Shown in pieces: positions 21,803 to 33,595 of a stretch of DNA of 64,000 bases. Position 1 is the stretch's first letter. Every line of letters begins with the position of its first letter. The notes under the pieces are model-generated. The model searched no databases. It saw nothing but the letters and a program-made list of their open reading frames with translations, and was not told the origin of the DNA. The translations under genes were made by a program, and so were the position numbers. Location of the stretch: contig OZ320314.1 of the NCBI GenBank assembly GCA_976226885.1, positions 72,354,001-72,418,000 of the forward strand, written 5' to 3'. The stretch comes from Iphione sp. A-MEVVRFRX5 (Eukaryota).

Positions 21803-23893
21803 ATGGAGAATGGCATGGAAATGGACTCTGATGATGATCTTAATGTGGAAAATATTCCTGATGAGATCAATCGAATTATAGATGGACAAGATGATGAGAC
21901 TGATGATGATACTGACAATGAATGGGAAGACGTGCCGGATGACGAGATTGACGATGACGTTCCATTAGGAGAATACTTGGATGTCACAGCAGAAAGAAAG
22001 GAACTAGATGGATGGAGGAAGATGAAATCAGGTACAGATGATCCTGTGGCACAAGTTATTTTTGATGAAACGAAGGCAGGAGTTGATGAAAGTGCCAATC
22101 TCAACAAAAATTCCAAGCCTCTTGACATTTTTTCACTTTTCATGTCTCTGGATATCTTCAATCTCATGGTTAGACGAACAAATGAAAAGGCAGCCAATGA
22201 ACCAGGAGTGGGGCCTAGATCCCATATGAAGAAATGGTTTAGAGTGTCAGTTCGAGAAATTATGAGATTTGTAGGCCTTGGAATGCTCATGGGAGTTGTA
22301 CGAAAGCCTTCACTGAAGAATTACTGGTCAGATATTCCAGAATTGGCAACCCCGATCTTCCCTGCAATGATGGCTCGAGATAGATTCCTCAGCATTCTGA
22401 GGTAAGAAAATAATTTCTGATTATTCCTGCTTCTCCCCTGTTATTCTAATTTACTTAGAAATGAAATCAGAACTCTCATTATATATTGTTATATTGTTAT
22501 GAAAAACAACTAATTTATTTCAATTGTGGATTATGTTTCAGAAATCTCAGGTTCTATCAAACTGAAAATGCTCAGGATGGTATTAGACGACCCTTCAACC
22601 CATTGTGGAAGTGCTTGCAACTAGTCGATCATTTCAACCAGATTGCCAAAAAGGTTTACCACATGGGACGTGAGTGTTCAGTAGACGAAAGCATGGTGGC
22701 CTTCAAGGGTAGAACCCAGTGCAGACAGTACATGCCGAAAAAACCACATAAGTGGGGCCTCAAGTTATGGACACTGGCTGAATCCACCACAGGTAAATAT
22801 CAATATTCACCTACCCATCTGACTTCCTCCTCCCCCCAAAAATCTCATGTATTGGGCTCTTTGTATGTTGTAATGCATACCTATCCATATCAATATCAGT
22901 CAGATTTGATATTTGTTGAGAACAATTATTGGGGGTGTGTATTGAAATTATTTAACATTGGTTTCAGGTTATGTATCCCAGATAATCCCTTACGCTGGTC
23001 GAGCTCAACGTGGTGGAAAGCCCCTGGCTGAGTACGTTGTTGTCAAACTCGTGGAGATGGCAGAACTAGCAAATAGTGGTGTTCATCTGTACATGGATAA
23101 TTATTTTACAAGTGTTCCTCTTCTGACAACCCTTTATAACATGGCAGTATATTGTTGTGGTACACTACGTAAAAATAGGAAGCATGTCCCTAAACGAGTA
23201 ATGACTAAAAATCCTGCCTATCTCCCCAAAGGGAGAGGTTCGAGTTGTTTCTTCAGCAGAAAAGCCCTCAGATTAATTGTTTGGAGAGATACTCGTGTTG
23301 TGCACCTCTTATCTACAATTCATGGTTCTGGATTAACTGATGTGAAACGAGGAGGCAGAGATAAGAAAACTGGCAAATATTCAAAGGTTACCCTGAAATG
23401 TCCTAAGGCTGTTGTTGATTATACAAAATTCATGGGAGGGGTCGATCTTTTTGACCAATATTTACAATATTACCAGCACAATAGGAAGACGGTACGGTGG
23501 ACAATGAAAATGTTCTGGTACCTGCTTGAATTAGCCAAAGTAAACTCATTTGTGATCTATAAGGCTCTGGACCCCAATAATGCCAAGACAACATTTCTGC
23601 AATTTACATTGAAGCTGGTGGGGGGATTGCTAGGTGATGCTGACACGACCACTGTAAAAAATAAGGAAAATGCAACCAAACTAACCAGGTTGACAAGTAG
23701 GTGCATGCCAACCACTCTTGATCGTAAGGCAAGGTGCAGGGTATGTTACTTGAGAAGTAGGAATGGATTGGAAACTAAACAAGGGCAAACGAAATACGGA
23801 TGTACTGGTTGTGAGGTCCATTTATGCCTCCCCACCTGCTTTACGCTCTATCACACGAAGCGTAATCTCATTGCTGTAGACCTGGAGGAGTAA
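21803..23893 (+). CDS. piggyBac transposase (PGBD-like), 3 exons (21803-22401, 22542-22792, 22968-23893), 591 aa, uninterrupted after splicing
   Basis: Junctions read MARDRFLSILR|NLRFY and WTLAESTTG|YVSQIIPYAG. Catalytic SVDESM, YMDNYFTS and MGGVDLFDQ are present, as is the C-terminal Cys-rich domain CRVC..YGCTGCEVHLCLPTCFTLYH. Introns are 22402-22541 (gtaaga..tttcag) and 22793-22967 (gtaaat..tttcag); exon lengths sum to 1776 nt. Confidence 0.92.
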
Positions 23894-24759
23894 ATAAGAT
23901 CATGTACACCCAAGAAAATGTATCCAGATAATCTGAACATGTTATAAAAAAAAATGAACCATACCTCTGTTGTCCTGTTATTCGTAAATCCAATGTTTTC
24001 TATTACAAAGAGAGAATCACTCACAAGCGTACAGTTGCCAGTTACGACTGACAAAATGAAGCGTAACTGTATTTCGGCATCTACATTAATTTTTACACCC
24101 CTTTATTCTTATAAACTCTGAATTAAATCTGCTTTCAGGCTTGGCAAAATACAATATTCATTAATATCTATAATTGTTTTATTCATAAACCTCTCTAAAT
24201 ATGCTTATTTCTATCATTTTCGTGAGTCTCTATAGTCCGAAACGTCATGCTCGTAATTATCCCCGGCCGCTGCGCTATGTGACGTCATAATCATTACCGG
24301 CCTGTAGTGCGCATACATTCCGCTAGATGCCGGCTCGATAGGGTTAATATATCAGTGAGTGAAACTTTAAAAAACAAGGGAGAGATTGAGAGTTAAGTAC
24401 AGTATTGAGTTAAAACGATATTCCGTGAATGTGATTTTCGTGTCCTAATCTCTCTACCCTCTTTCTTCTATCTTCTTATTTCCTTCTGTTCTTTCAGCTC
24501 TCTTACACATCTCACTGCTTTCTTCCTCTCGCCTCTATATCTATTTCTCAACATTTCCTGCAATATGTCAATATTATGTACACAGCATATATACATGCAT
24601 ACCTCATGTACATAAAATGTACATGCTGTGTGCTCATCCTGCATAATAAAAGGTATTAAACCACCGCTGCATCCTCTCTCTCTATATTTTCCTATCATCC
24701 CTCCAAGTACATTTTATCCAGTAATCGTCCTGTTAATCTGTGTTGTTGTCTTTAACTGG

Positions 24760-24900
24760 TGAAATGTGGACAGGGATTGGTGGGGATTCGAACCTGGGTC
24801 CTCAGCATAAGCAGTCTCTCCATACATAGCCTGTGTAAAGGCTGGCATTCCTATCCACTGCGCCACAGATGCTGCACAAAGGCCACAGCATGTATAGCCT
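24760..24900 (-). mobile_element. tRNA-derived SINE head (Pol III A and B boxes), degenerate
   Basis: The minus strand carries A box TGGCGCAGTGG (24855-24865) and B box GGTTCGAATCC (24784-24794). The acceptor, D and T stems do not pair, so this is not a tRNA. Confidence 0.6.
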
Positions 24901-24905
24901 ACTCA

Positions 24906-25942
24906 TGGCCGGTTTCCCATTCGACCCATCTTATCAGTATAAGTGCTACCTTGGCTTAGGTCGACCTCAACTTGGAGTTGATCATTCAACCACTTATCTT
25001 CAAGACCCAGAGATAAAGTGAGGCAGAGTTAAGGTGTAGTAGTATACTAGTCAGGACAAATGTCACTGGGAAAAAAGCATAAAAACTGGAATGGAATGTC
25101 TCAGGACATTATCTATTTTATGGCCGGTTTCCCATTCACCCGTGGACCGACTGAGGCTGTGCGCAAGACCCCACCCCCGACTTATTGTTTTCCCATTAGC
25201 GCAGCTTATCTCTGGGCATTATGTCTGCAGCTCATGGTTAAGATAAGAAGTTTCTCATTTGCCAGGGAGGGTAGATAAGGCAGCTAAAAATAATCCAGGT
25301 CCCGAGGAGTCTTGGGGCTGTGCTTAACAGTTCTAGGTGGTCATTTGAAAATAATAATTCTTTGCATGTATTGCAATGATAATACAGACATTTAGATACA
25401 CAGTCCACTTAATTTTTATTACCTTTCTGCTTGATTTTGGTGTATCTTTTCCTGAGTGCTGCCTCCTCACACTTGGTAGTGACCATGGTATTGTATTCTA
25501 CTGTTACATGTATTTTCTTCCATGTCAGGTTCCTCTTCTCCTTTCCTCCCAAAGTGTCTATTGGTATCTGGCTTAGGGGTATCTTGTAGGTGGGATATCC
25601 AGCACGACAAGGACCAGGGCAACACTGACAAGTCCTCTGTTCCCAGGAATGTGTCAGGCAAACTTCACAAGGAGGGGGGGGGGGTTCCTGATACAGTCCT
25701 GTCACCCCTAATTTTTACCAGAATATTTGCAAATTAATCATATAATTTGCAGTCGAGATCATTAACAATTATAGTGGGACCATAGCATAACCCCTAGTTA
25801 GTATACTACTACACCTTACCTAGGCCTCAACTTATCTCTGGGTCTCGAAGATAAGTGGTTGAATGGTCAACTCCAAGTTAAGGTCATCCTAAGCCAAGGT
25901 CGGACTTAGACAGATAAGGTAGAGCGAATGGGAAACCGGGCA
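24906..25942. mobile_element. Non-autonomous foldback element/MITE with about 145-bp terminal inverted repeats, PIF/Harbinger-like
   Basis: 24906-25052 matches the reverse complement of 25795-25942 (ccggtttcccattcg..ccttggcttagg..aacttggagttga.cattcaaccacttatcttc.agacccagagataa..aggtgtagtagtatacta). Flanks TCA/TTA resemble a 3-bp TWA duplication. No transposase ORF. Confidence 0.65.
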
Positions 25943-26437
25943 TTAGACTACCCCTCCAGAACTGACCGATTTGCCAGTTCAGTCAAAAGGATCGGGTCCA
26001 CCAAGGCGAAGCCAAGATGGCTTTCAAGCTCCCTCCCTTTTAGTCAAGTCAAGGAGTACCCAGTAAACAAAGTTTGATTGGGTCTGCCAAGGCAGAGCTG
26101 AGGCAGCTGTTCTCTTGTATATTTTGAAAGGCTAACAAGAATAATATACAACTCATTTATAAAGGAAAGAAGAATCTATAATGCAAGAGAGATTGATGTA
26201 ATTGTGAAAAAAGGAATTTAGAAAGAGAAGAGAAAGAGGAGTGGAGGGAGCGGGAGTCTCACCCCACATCAATTAAAGGAAAGAAAAGAATATTTTTGGA
26301 GGCTATGTTAAAGATACCTTTAATTTATGAAAAAGCAGCAAAAATTTCTTGAGGTAGTGCTAAAGATGTGTTTCATTTGTGAGAAGTGACAAATTTTACA
26401 AGGGTTTTGGCTAAAGATACATTGAATTTATGAAAAA

Positions 26438-26870
26438 ACCTTCTGTAGAGGTGTCCGTTACCTGTAGTGTGTCCCCTGTAACCCTCTGTAGAAGTGTCTG
26501 TTACATGTAGCGTGTGCCCTGTAATCCTCTGTAGAGGTGTCTGTTACATGTAGTGTGTGCCCTGTAACCCCCTGTAGAGATGTCTGTTACCTGTAGTGTG
26601 TGCCCTGTAACCCTCTGTAGTAATGTCTGTTACCTGTAGTGTGTGCCCTGTAACCCTCTGTAGAGGTGTCTGTTACATGTAGTGTGTGCCCTGTAACCCT
26701 CTGTAGCAGTGTCTGTTACCTGTAGTGTGTGCCCTGTAACCCTCTGTAGAGGTGTCTGCTACCTGTAGTGTGTGCCCTGCAACCCTCTGTAGAGGTGTGT
26801 TACATGTTGTGTGTCTACTGTAAACCTCTGTAGAGGTGTCTGTTATCTATTGTGTTTCTCCTGTAACCCT
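26438..26870. repeat. 43-bp tandem minisatellite, about 10 copies
   Basis: Consensus CCTCTGTAGAGGTGTCTGTTACCTGTAGTGTGTGCCCTGTAAC; period confirmed (tgtctgttac at 26538 and 26581). Units abut with no unique spacers. Confidence 0.93.
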
Positions 26871-29800
26871 TTGTAAGAGTGTGTGTTTGTGTGTTGTGTC
26901 TGGGTATGTGTGTGTGCTGTGCTTTAAGTGAGATACGCACCTTGTAGAGCATGTACTTGATATATTCCCATAGCAGAGATATACGCACTCGCTGTGCCTC
27001 ATGCTAATCCCTTCTGTGGGAATATATCGCATACTCGGTATGTATCTATCACACACAGGACGTTAAGGGTGGTTTAAACATCATTCAAAGTATCTAAACA
27101 ATTGCAACAGGCGCGAGTCCACTGAGCTAGCTTCTACAGTAATTAACACTATTAGACTCGGGATAGGATAGGGAATATTTAATGCTTTATACTATTTTGA
27201 AGCCTATGAATTGAAGCATATTTTTCCAACATATTTGTCCTTTCCCTTTCATTACCATGGCAACAGGATCAGAATAAACATGAGACATCTTTGAAAGATT
27301 TATGCAATATTAAAACAAGTTTATACAATATGCAGGAAAACACCATTAGATATTGTTGCTAGGAGAAAATGTTCAGTTAAGAAAATGCTAACCAAGTGAT
27401 TTCCATCACTGACATATAATTTATTTTCATATATGAATTCAAACAGTTTTTATATCAGTTTGTGTTCATAGTTGTTGACATCCATAAATGATGTGACTGG
27501 TGAAATCCAAAGGAATGAGCTGTTGTATGGTAACAATATTTGTAACAAAATGCTTTTATCTTAAAAAGTGTCTCATTATTTGAAATGTTTATGTTGTAAC
27601 TATGATTTTTCTTACGTTCAACAATGAAAATAAAATATTTATAATGTAGATATGGTTTGTATGGATATTGTATTATAGGATATGATACTATTATTTGCAC
27701 ATGTACAAACTTCCTCCACATAAGTTATTGGATTGAACATTCAGCATTTCTAAAATAATTAAAGAAATCTTTTAATTTAAAAGTCATTAAAATGATGAAG
27801 CTGATAGGCTGTCATGATGGATTACAAAGATTTCTTATAAAGTGCCATGCAGTTCACTTGTTGTAAAGAAATACTAATAGATGTCACATATACTAACTAT
27901 ATGTAACTTCTCACATTGGCTAGCCCATAATTTATGCACAAGTGACATAACCCTTTTGTTAGTTACCCATTATGCAATTCTGTAGATTTTGACACAGTGC
28001 ACTTCTTATGACTTGTATTTTCCATTTACCTAGGAATTTATGATTAATATACCACAAAATGTGGAGGATAAGCCCATGGCAAATCAGGAAGGGGGTTAAA
28101 GGGATGCCGGGGGGCGGGGGTCTCCCTACAAAAATATAAATGAAAAAAAAACACAGTGGAAAAGTAGGAGGGATACCTTCAAATTGAAAAAATATTAATC
28201 AATCAAAAAAACATATCCGGAACATATGTTCACTACTTTATACAGATTCGATGCCTATCACGTACATATACCACATCCACAAAATACGCAAACATATTAC
28301 TCATACGTATTCCATGTACATAATCACGTACATGCTATGTATACACAGGTATACACAGAACGCATCAGGCACAGACCATCAAAATGCATCTGAACTCCAC
28401 AAATCAACTAGAGCTGCTAATGTTCACTGAAAGCAACAGCAGTGCACGCCTATCCCAAACTGAGGTTATATCTGAAAGCACCGCGTTCCATGTTACCCCA
28501 CATAACCCGTCAAAGATTAAAATGAATTCAAAACGAATCATTCTCCCCTATATTGCAGTTCCATAACGATCAGATTAAAGAAGTTGGTCAGTTAAATAAC
28601 AGGTATATAGCTCACATACTAACCTAAAAATTGATTGCTTTGAAAATTACTTTATTAGCTAGTGACACATTTTACTGAACGATCTAATTGGAAAAAAACT
28701 CGTGGATCTAATGTGGATGGGATTTTGAACACGATACCCTCATCAGATCCATCCTCTTCGGCCATGCTCTCATTAATCAGGTCGTCTTTAGTCGCGCGGA
28801 CGTGAATAAAAACAAGGTCAGAGGAAATCAATTTTACACTTTTATTAAAGTATAAAGAACAATAAATTCCAGATAAAAATAATTGCTATTTTTCTAGCTA
28901 TTTCCTTCTTTTAATCCATTGTTCACCCTCTGGATACAGATGACGATTTTATAGGCAATCTCAACCATGCCACGGGCAACGATGGTAAGCACGTTTATAC
29001 ATATATATAAATACCATCTTCTAGTACAAGGCGTTTTCCGTCTATCCCACAAGCCATTCTGCGATATATATGTACACTGCACATTAGTTGATAGTTGAAA
29101 GCAGTGAGGCAGCTATTGCCAGTCCTGAAGGTTACTTTCCACTAGAGAATGGAACAGATTTTGGTTGCTTACCATTATGCTGTTTAGCATGCAAATTCAC
29201 ATCTTCATATTGCACTGTACTAACAGAAGGCCCGTGGCATCGCTAGGAAACTAGCCTATGAGCAAATACCATCATTTTGAGCAAAAATTTGGATTGCACA
29301 ATCATCCTTGTGGCAAGAAATAAGATTTTGAAATAAAATTACGCGTATTTTTTAATCATCTATGTATCCTCACAATGATTTAAACCAAATTATCGAACTT
29401 CTTTTTTAAACACTTTACGAGTATGTCCCCCTCTCCCTCTGCCATGTATCCTGAGCTAACGCGCCAAAGGCCTCTTGCGTACATGAAGATCTAAGTATAA
29501 CAATTTGACTATCCAGCCTTCATGGTTCACCGCAGGATTGCATTTTAAGGCCTTCTGTTTACACTAAAGAATGGATTTCACTGACCCTTAATATAGGAGA
29601 CGAGAGAGCCTCAGGAAGATATATATATATATGTATGCTATGTATGCATGTAATGTAGATTCTACAATATATTAGCTATGACAAGAAATGATATGTTATT
29701 ACACATATATGATTAAATGTCGAATGTTTGATTATCGTATCCGTAGACAACACTAACACATCTATCTGAGAATATCGTCTCTAGTATGCAAGTACTTTAA

Positions 29801-32800
29801 ATACCAAGATTGTACAAAACACGGCTATCACAAGTAGTCCCCGTCAGGTTCATCTGATAGTTATGCGACACAACCACAGCACCGCTCTAAACTGGTCCTA
29901 GCTTTGTTATCAGATATTGTTCTTTTATATTAACTGCATCATTTCAATTTGTCCTCTGATATGCATATCTCGATTATAGAGACGACCTCTCTGAGATACA
30001 CACGTTTTGTGTAGATAGAATTCTATGTGAGCACATCTCCAGAGAGCAGAGATTGTGTAAGGCCACCTAAGCACACAAAAAACTTGCTTCAGTTGAGCAT
30101 GTACGCAGGGGGCCCTTGCACTTCTGTTCCACTGTAACATGGCAGATGGGTCTATAGGGGCCGTACACGGGCCATTAACTACCCCTCTTCACACCACGCT
30201 CTCTCAACACCCGCCTCTTGCAACAAGACGAAGTTAAGAGAGTATACACATTCAACTGTTGTCACCATCGAGCTCAATTCATCCCATTTGGTCTCCTCCA
30301 AACCTAATTTATTACTTATTTCTAATTCAAGTTGTGGTCAGCCATACACATTCCATATATGTACTATGCATTCCCGCCTGTTGCGTCAAGAGCGTCAAGA
30401 TATCGTCTGGAATAATCTCAACTGGCAGACAGAGCTGAATTTGGTTGGGAAAAGTAGATGTAGTCGTAGAGGAGAGCTTGATATGAAGACAAGAGGCCCG
30501 CACACCGACCCCTTATCACAATGGGTGCTTGGAATTTGCATACCATATTTGTGATGTCCACGCAACATTGCTCATTAGACGATATATTCACACATGATAA
30601 TTCTGTGCACTTTGAAAAAGTGTGGGCGACTGACTTTACAATTACCTTCCAGAATGAACGAAAATCCTATCTACTGTACTGCAACGTACGGTATACAGTA
30701 TAGTGTCTTTTTTAAACTTTCTTTGTCGTGTTTTAGTCCTTTCACTTATGACCCATTGATATCCAAAGAGCTTGGAATGCAATGACTGATCGTCAGAGCC
30801 CTCGGTTGAGTTCTTCAAAGTCAACCAAGGTCTTGAGATCTTCGGGAGAGGCGTATCACATCAGCTTTGTTCTGGAAAACCATTAGGAGAAAGGAGGCAT
30901 CATTGTACGTTAGGGGATCGTCATAGGCAAATATGGCATGCACCAGAAAACACCCTCATTTTCTAGCATCGAACTACGGACTACTGAGTATGTACAAATA
31001 CACCAAGCCGAACCAAGGAGGTATGAGCATTTTAAACACAGGCGTGGACAGGAGGGCTGGCTCCCATTTTCGTCTCATCTAATCGATAAATTGATAAGTA
31101 CCATCTTATGATATCATAGCACATATTACTGACAACAAAAATAGGATGGCTAACGCGGATTGTCCTTGTTAAGTGTCGTCCCTGGATAGATATACCTAAC
31201 GAGTAGGCGATTTGTATTACAACAGGTAATCTCAACATACGCATAAAAATTCTTGCCATCACAAGGGCTCAGGAACTCCCTAAATGGGCCTACAACTAAA
31301 GCTCCGAGTGTTTTACATTATTCATTCTCATATGATCAGCTCACTAGGCAAGCTGCATAGACCAAGCCCTCAAGGGCAGCGAGCAAACAACCTAAATGGG
31401 CCAGAACCCCGAATAAGGTAGTAGTAGTCTCTCCGCAGAGGCTTTGCCCGGCAGAAGACACACTGCAAGAGGCTGAGCCACGATAGGGATTTTACCCTGT
31501 GTTCGTACAATGAGGAAGTTGATTCTTGTCAGTTACCAATGACTAATATATCTAGATAAAGGGCTACGACTTTATTATCAATTTGTTTTTTTTGTCTTTG
31601 CATAATGCCAAATGGGACTACACACCAACAACAAAACAGTCTACTACCAATATTACACACATTTACAATTATTTATCATCATATTATCATCAATATGTAC
31701 CATTTCCTTCACGATAACTGGAATGTTCCAAGCGCTACCAGGGAGTTTAGAGTTCTCTAACAACACGTGGCTTAACTAAACAACCTTTAAAACCCAACAG
31801 AAAGTACAGTTGTCTGAGCTTCTAGGGCTCCCTGGTGTGATATATCGCCATTGCTGCCAGTAATATCTTCGTTGTAATGAATCCCGCTTAACTAAAACTA
31901 TACGAGTCAAAAAATCGCAGGTTCAGTCCCTTCGTAGTACAAAACAAAATCAAGATTCGAGTCGATTTACCTGCTTTCGCGATAATAATGTCATAACAAA
32001 TCCTTTATGTCACAGACATGTAACAGATATGCAATAGATTACAACTGTATTAACACATCAAATATCTTAAATCGATATTTACTCTAATTGTCAGTATGTT
32101 TTTGTTTCAAACGTCTAAGAAAAATCGACAATCGACACATGCCGAGCTCGCTACACACAGTTAGCATGTAGGAAGCAGGCTCACCAAGCAACCAACTGTA
32201 CAAAAGTCATACTTGCTGAATCCCAGTGAAAAAGAGATATGTGCTCAAGTTGGACGGACGGAGCTCTTTCTGTCCAGAAATGTATTTTTTTTGCACAAGA
32301 ATCACAAAATATTCACCCTATTATCTAGCCAATACAGAGACAGGTACAGAACGACAGGCATTAGCTACAGGTACTTTGCATTATTTGCTTTATCTATGTA
32401 GTTCTGACAAACACACAGAAAGAGCATATAACTTAATTAGTCATCCATTTATCTATACACTATATTGTAATAGTCTGTCTCCTACACAAAACATGACATT
32501 TCCCCACCAAATAATTTACACAATAATTTAAACTCGACAGTTTGTTCTGTAATATATCTCAACAAACCAGGATTTTCATGTGAGTCCATGAATGGTGCGC
32601 GCGTTTATGTGCTGTCCTTATTGCTCTTTTCATGGCTGTTAATACGGCCACTGTTTTTCGGTGTTCAGGAAGGGGCTAACCGTCGGTGGAGGTATACAAG
32701 TGCGGACCGGACGGCACCTTTTCTTATCTTATTTTTATCAACTAGTACATATGCACAATACAGATCAACATTCGCGAACCGTTATAAAAAAAGACCCTCC

Positions 32801-33595
32801 CGCCTCAGACGCGTTCACACAGAGGGCGCTGCGGTCGCCCTCCCATCATGCCTTCGTCGTCTCCATAGGAACACCCCTCAGGTCGACTCGATCACCAGCA
32901 GATCTCGACCACACGAGACAGCGAGTTTTGATTTGAGACAGTGAGACGTCCCAATAACATTACAAAGACCGGATGATCCAATGCACAGTATCAAATATTA
33001 CTTTCTGTAGATCAGTAAGCTGTACAATATTTTATAGAATCGGCAAAATACCAACGTACGGTTATCAACATATGGTACTGACATGTGTAAGATTAACAAC
33101 GATGAGCACGAAAAGTTTCAAAATATTTCATTTTTTGTACAAATATTAGTCATTACCTACGGGGCCAATGCAACAATTTAGCTTGAGGCAAGAAAGCAAC
33201 ACACACTGTAATTCGAATTACTTAGATTTCCCGACGCATCTAGTCAGAGTAAATACACGTAACCAGGTATTTCGAGAAACGATAGGTTTCTGGCCTACCT
33301 AGTCATAGTACATGTAATAAATAACATGTTGATTAAATGCATTACGAATTTACAAAGTTATCATCTGTAAGAACCCATTAAATTGCTCTAAGATAACTGT
33401 ACTGTTACGTCCTGTCTCATGATGTTGCTCAGACTGTGTATGGGAGGGATGTAGAAAATCAATTACAAATCAATTACGTCGGCTCCGCTCAGTCACCCGC
33501 CCTTTCGACTGGCTGAGTAAGTGTTCGGGGCTGTGTTGAGTGAAGTGGTGAGCGACGAGCCGGATCGGCGACGGCCGGAGTGGGTGTCGGCGCCT

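Larger units (their letters stand above)
21430..24343 (+). mobile_element. piggyBac DNA transposon, 2914 bp, TTAA target duplication
   Basis: TTAA|CCCTATCAGGCCGGC at the left end and GCCGGCTCGATAGGG|TTAA at the right end (13/15 identical inverted repeats). Encloses a spliced piggyBac transposase. Confidence 0.95.

Noticed and set aside
21781-22290. 169-aa minus-strand ORF and other antisense ORFs over the transposases and cpo exons
   Set aside because: These are antisense shadows of real coding sequence.
24775-24875. Functional tRNA gene on the minus strand
   Set aside because: A and B boxes are present, but the acceptor stem (GCATCTG) has no complement and the D and T stems do not pair; treated as a SINE head.
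26438-26870. CRISPR-like regular array
   Set aside because: Units are contiguous with no unique spacers, there are no cas genes and the context is eukaryotic; it is a minisatellite.
30700-30830. Possible CR1/L2 LINE 3' end (AWNA...SEPSVEFFK in shifted frames)
   Set aside because: The similarity is short, needs frameshifts and has no supporting reverse-transcriptase sequence upstream.
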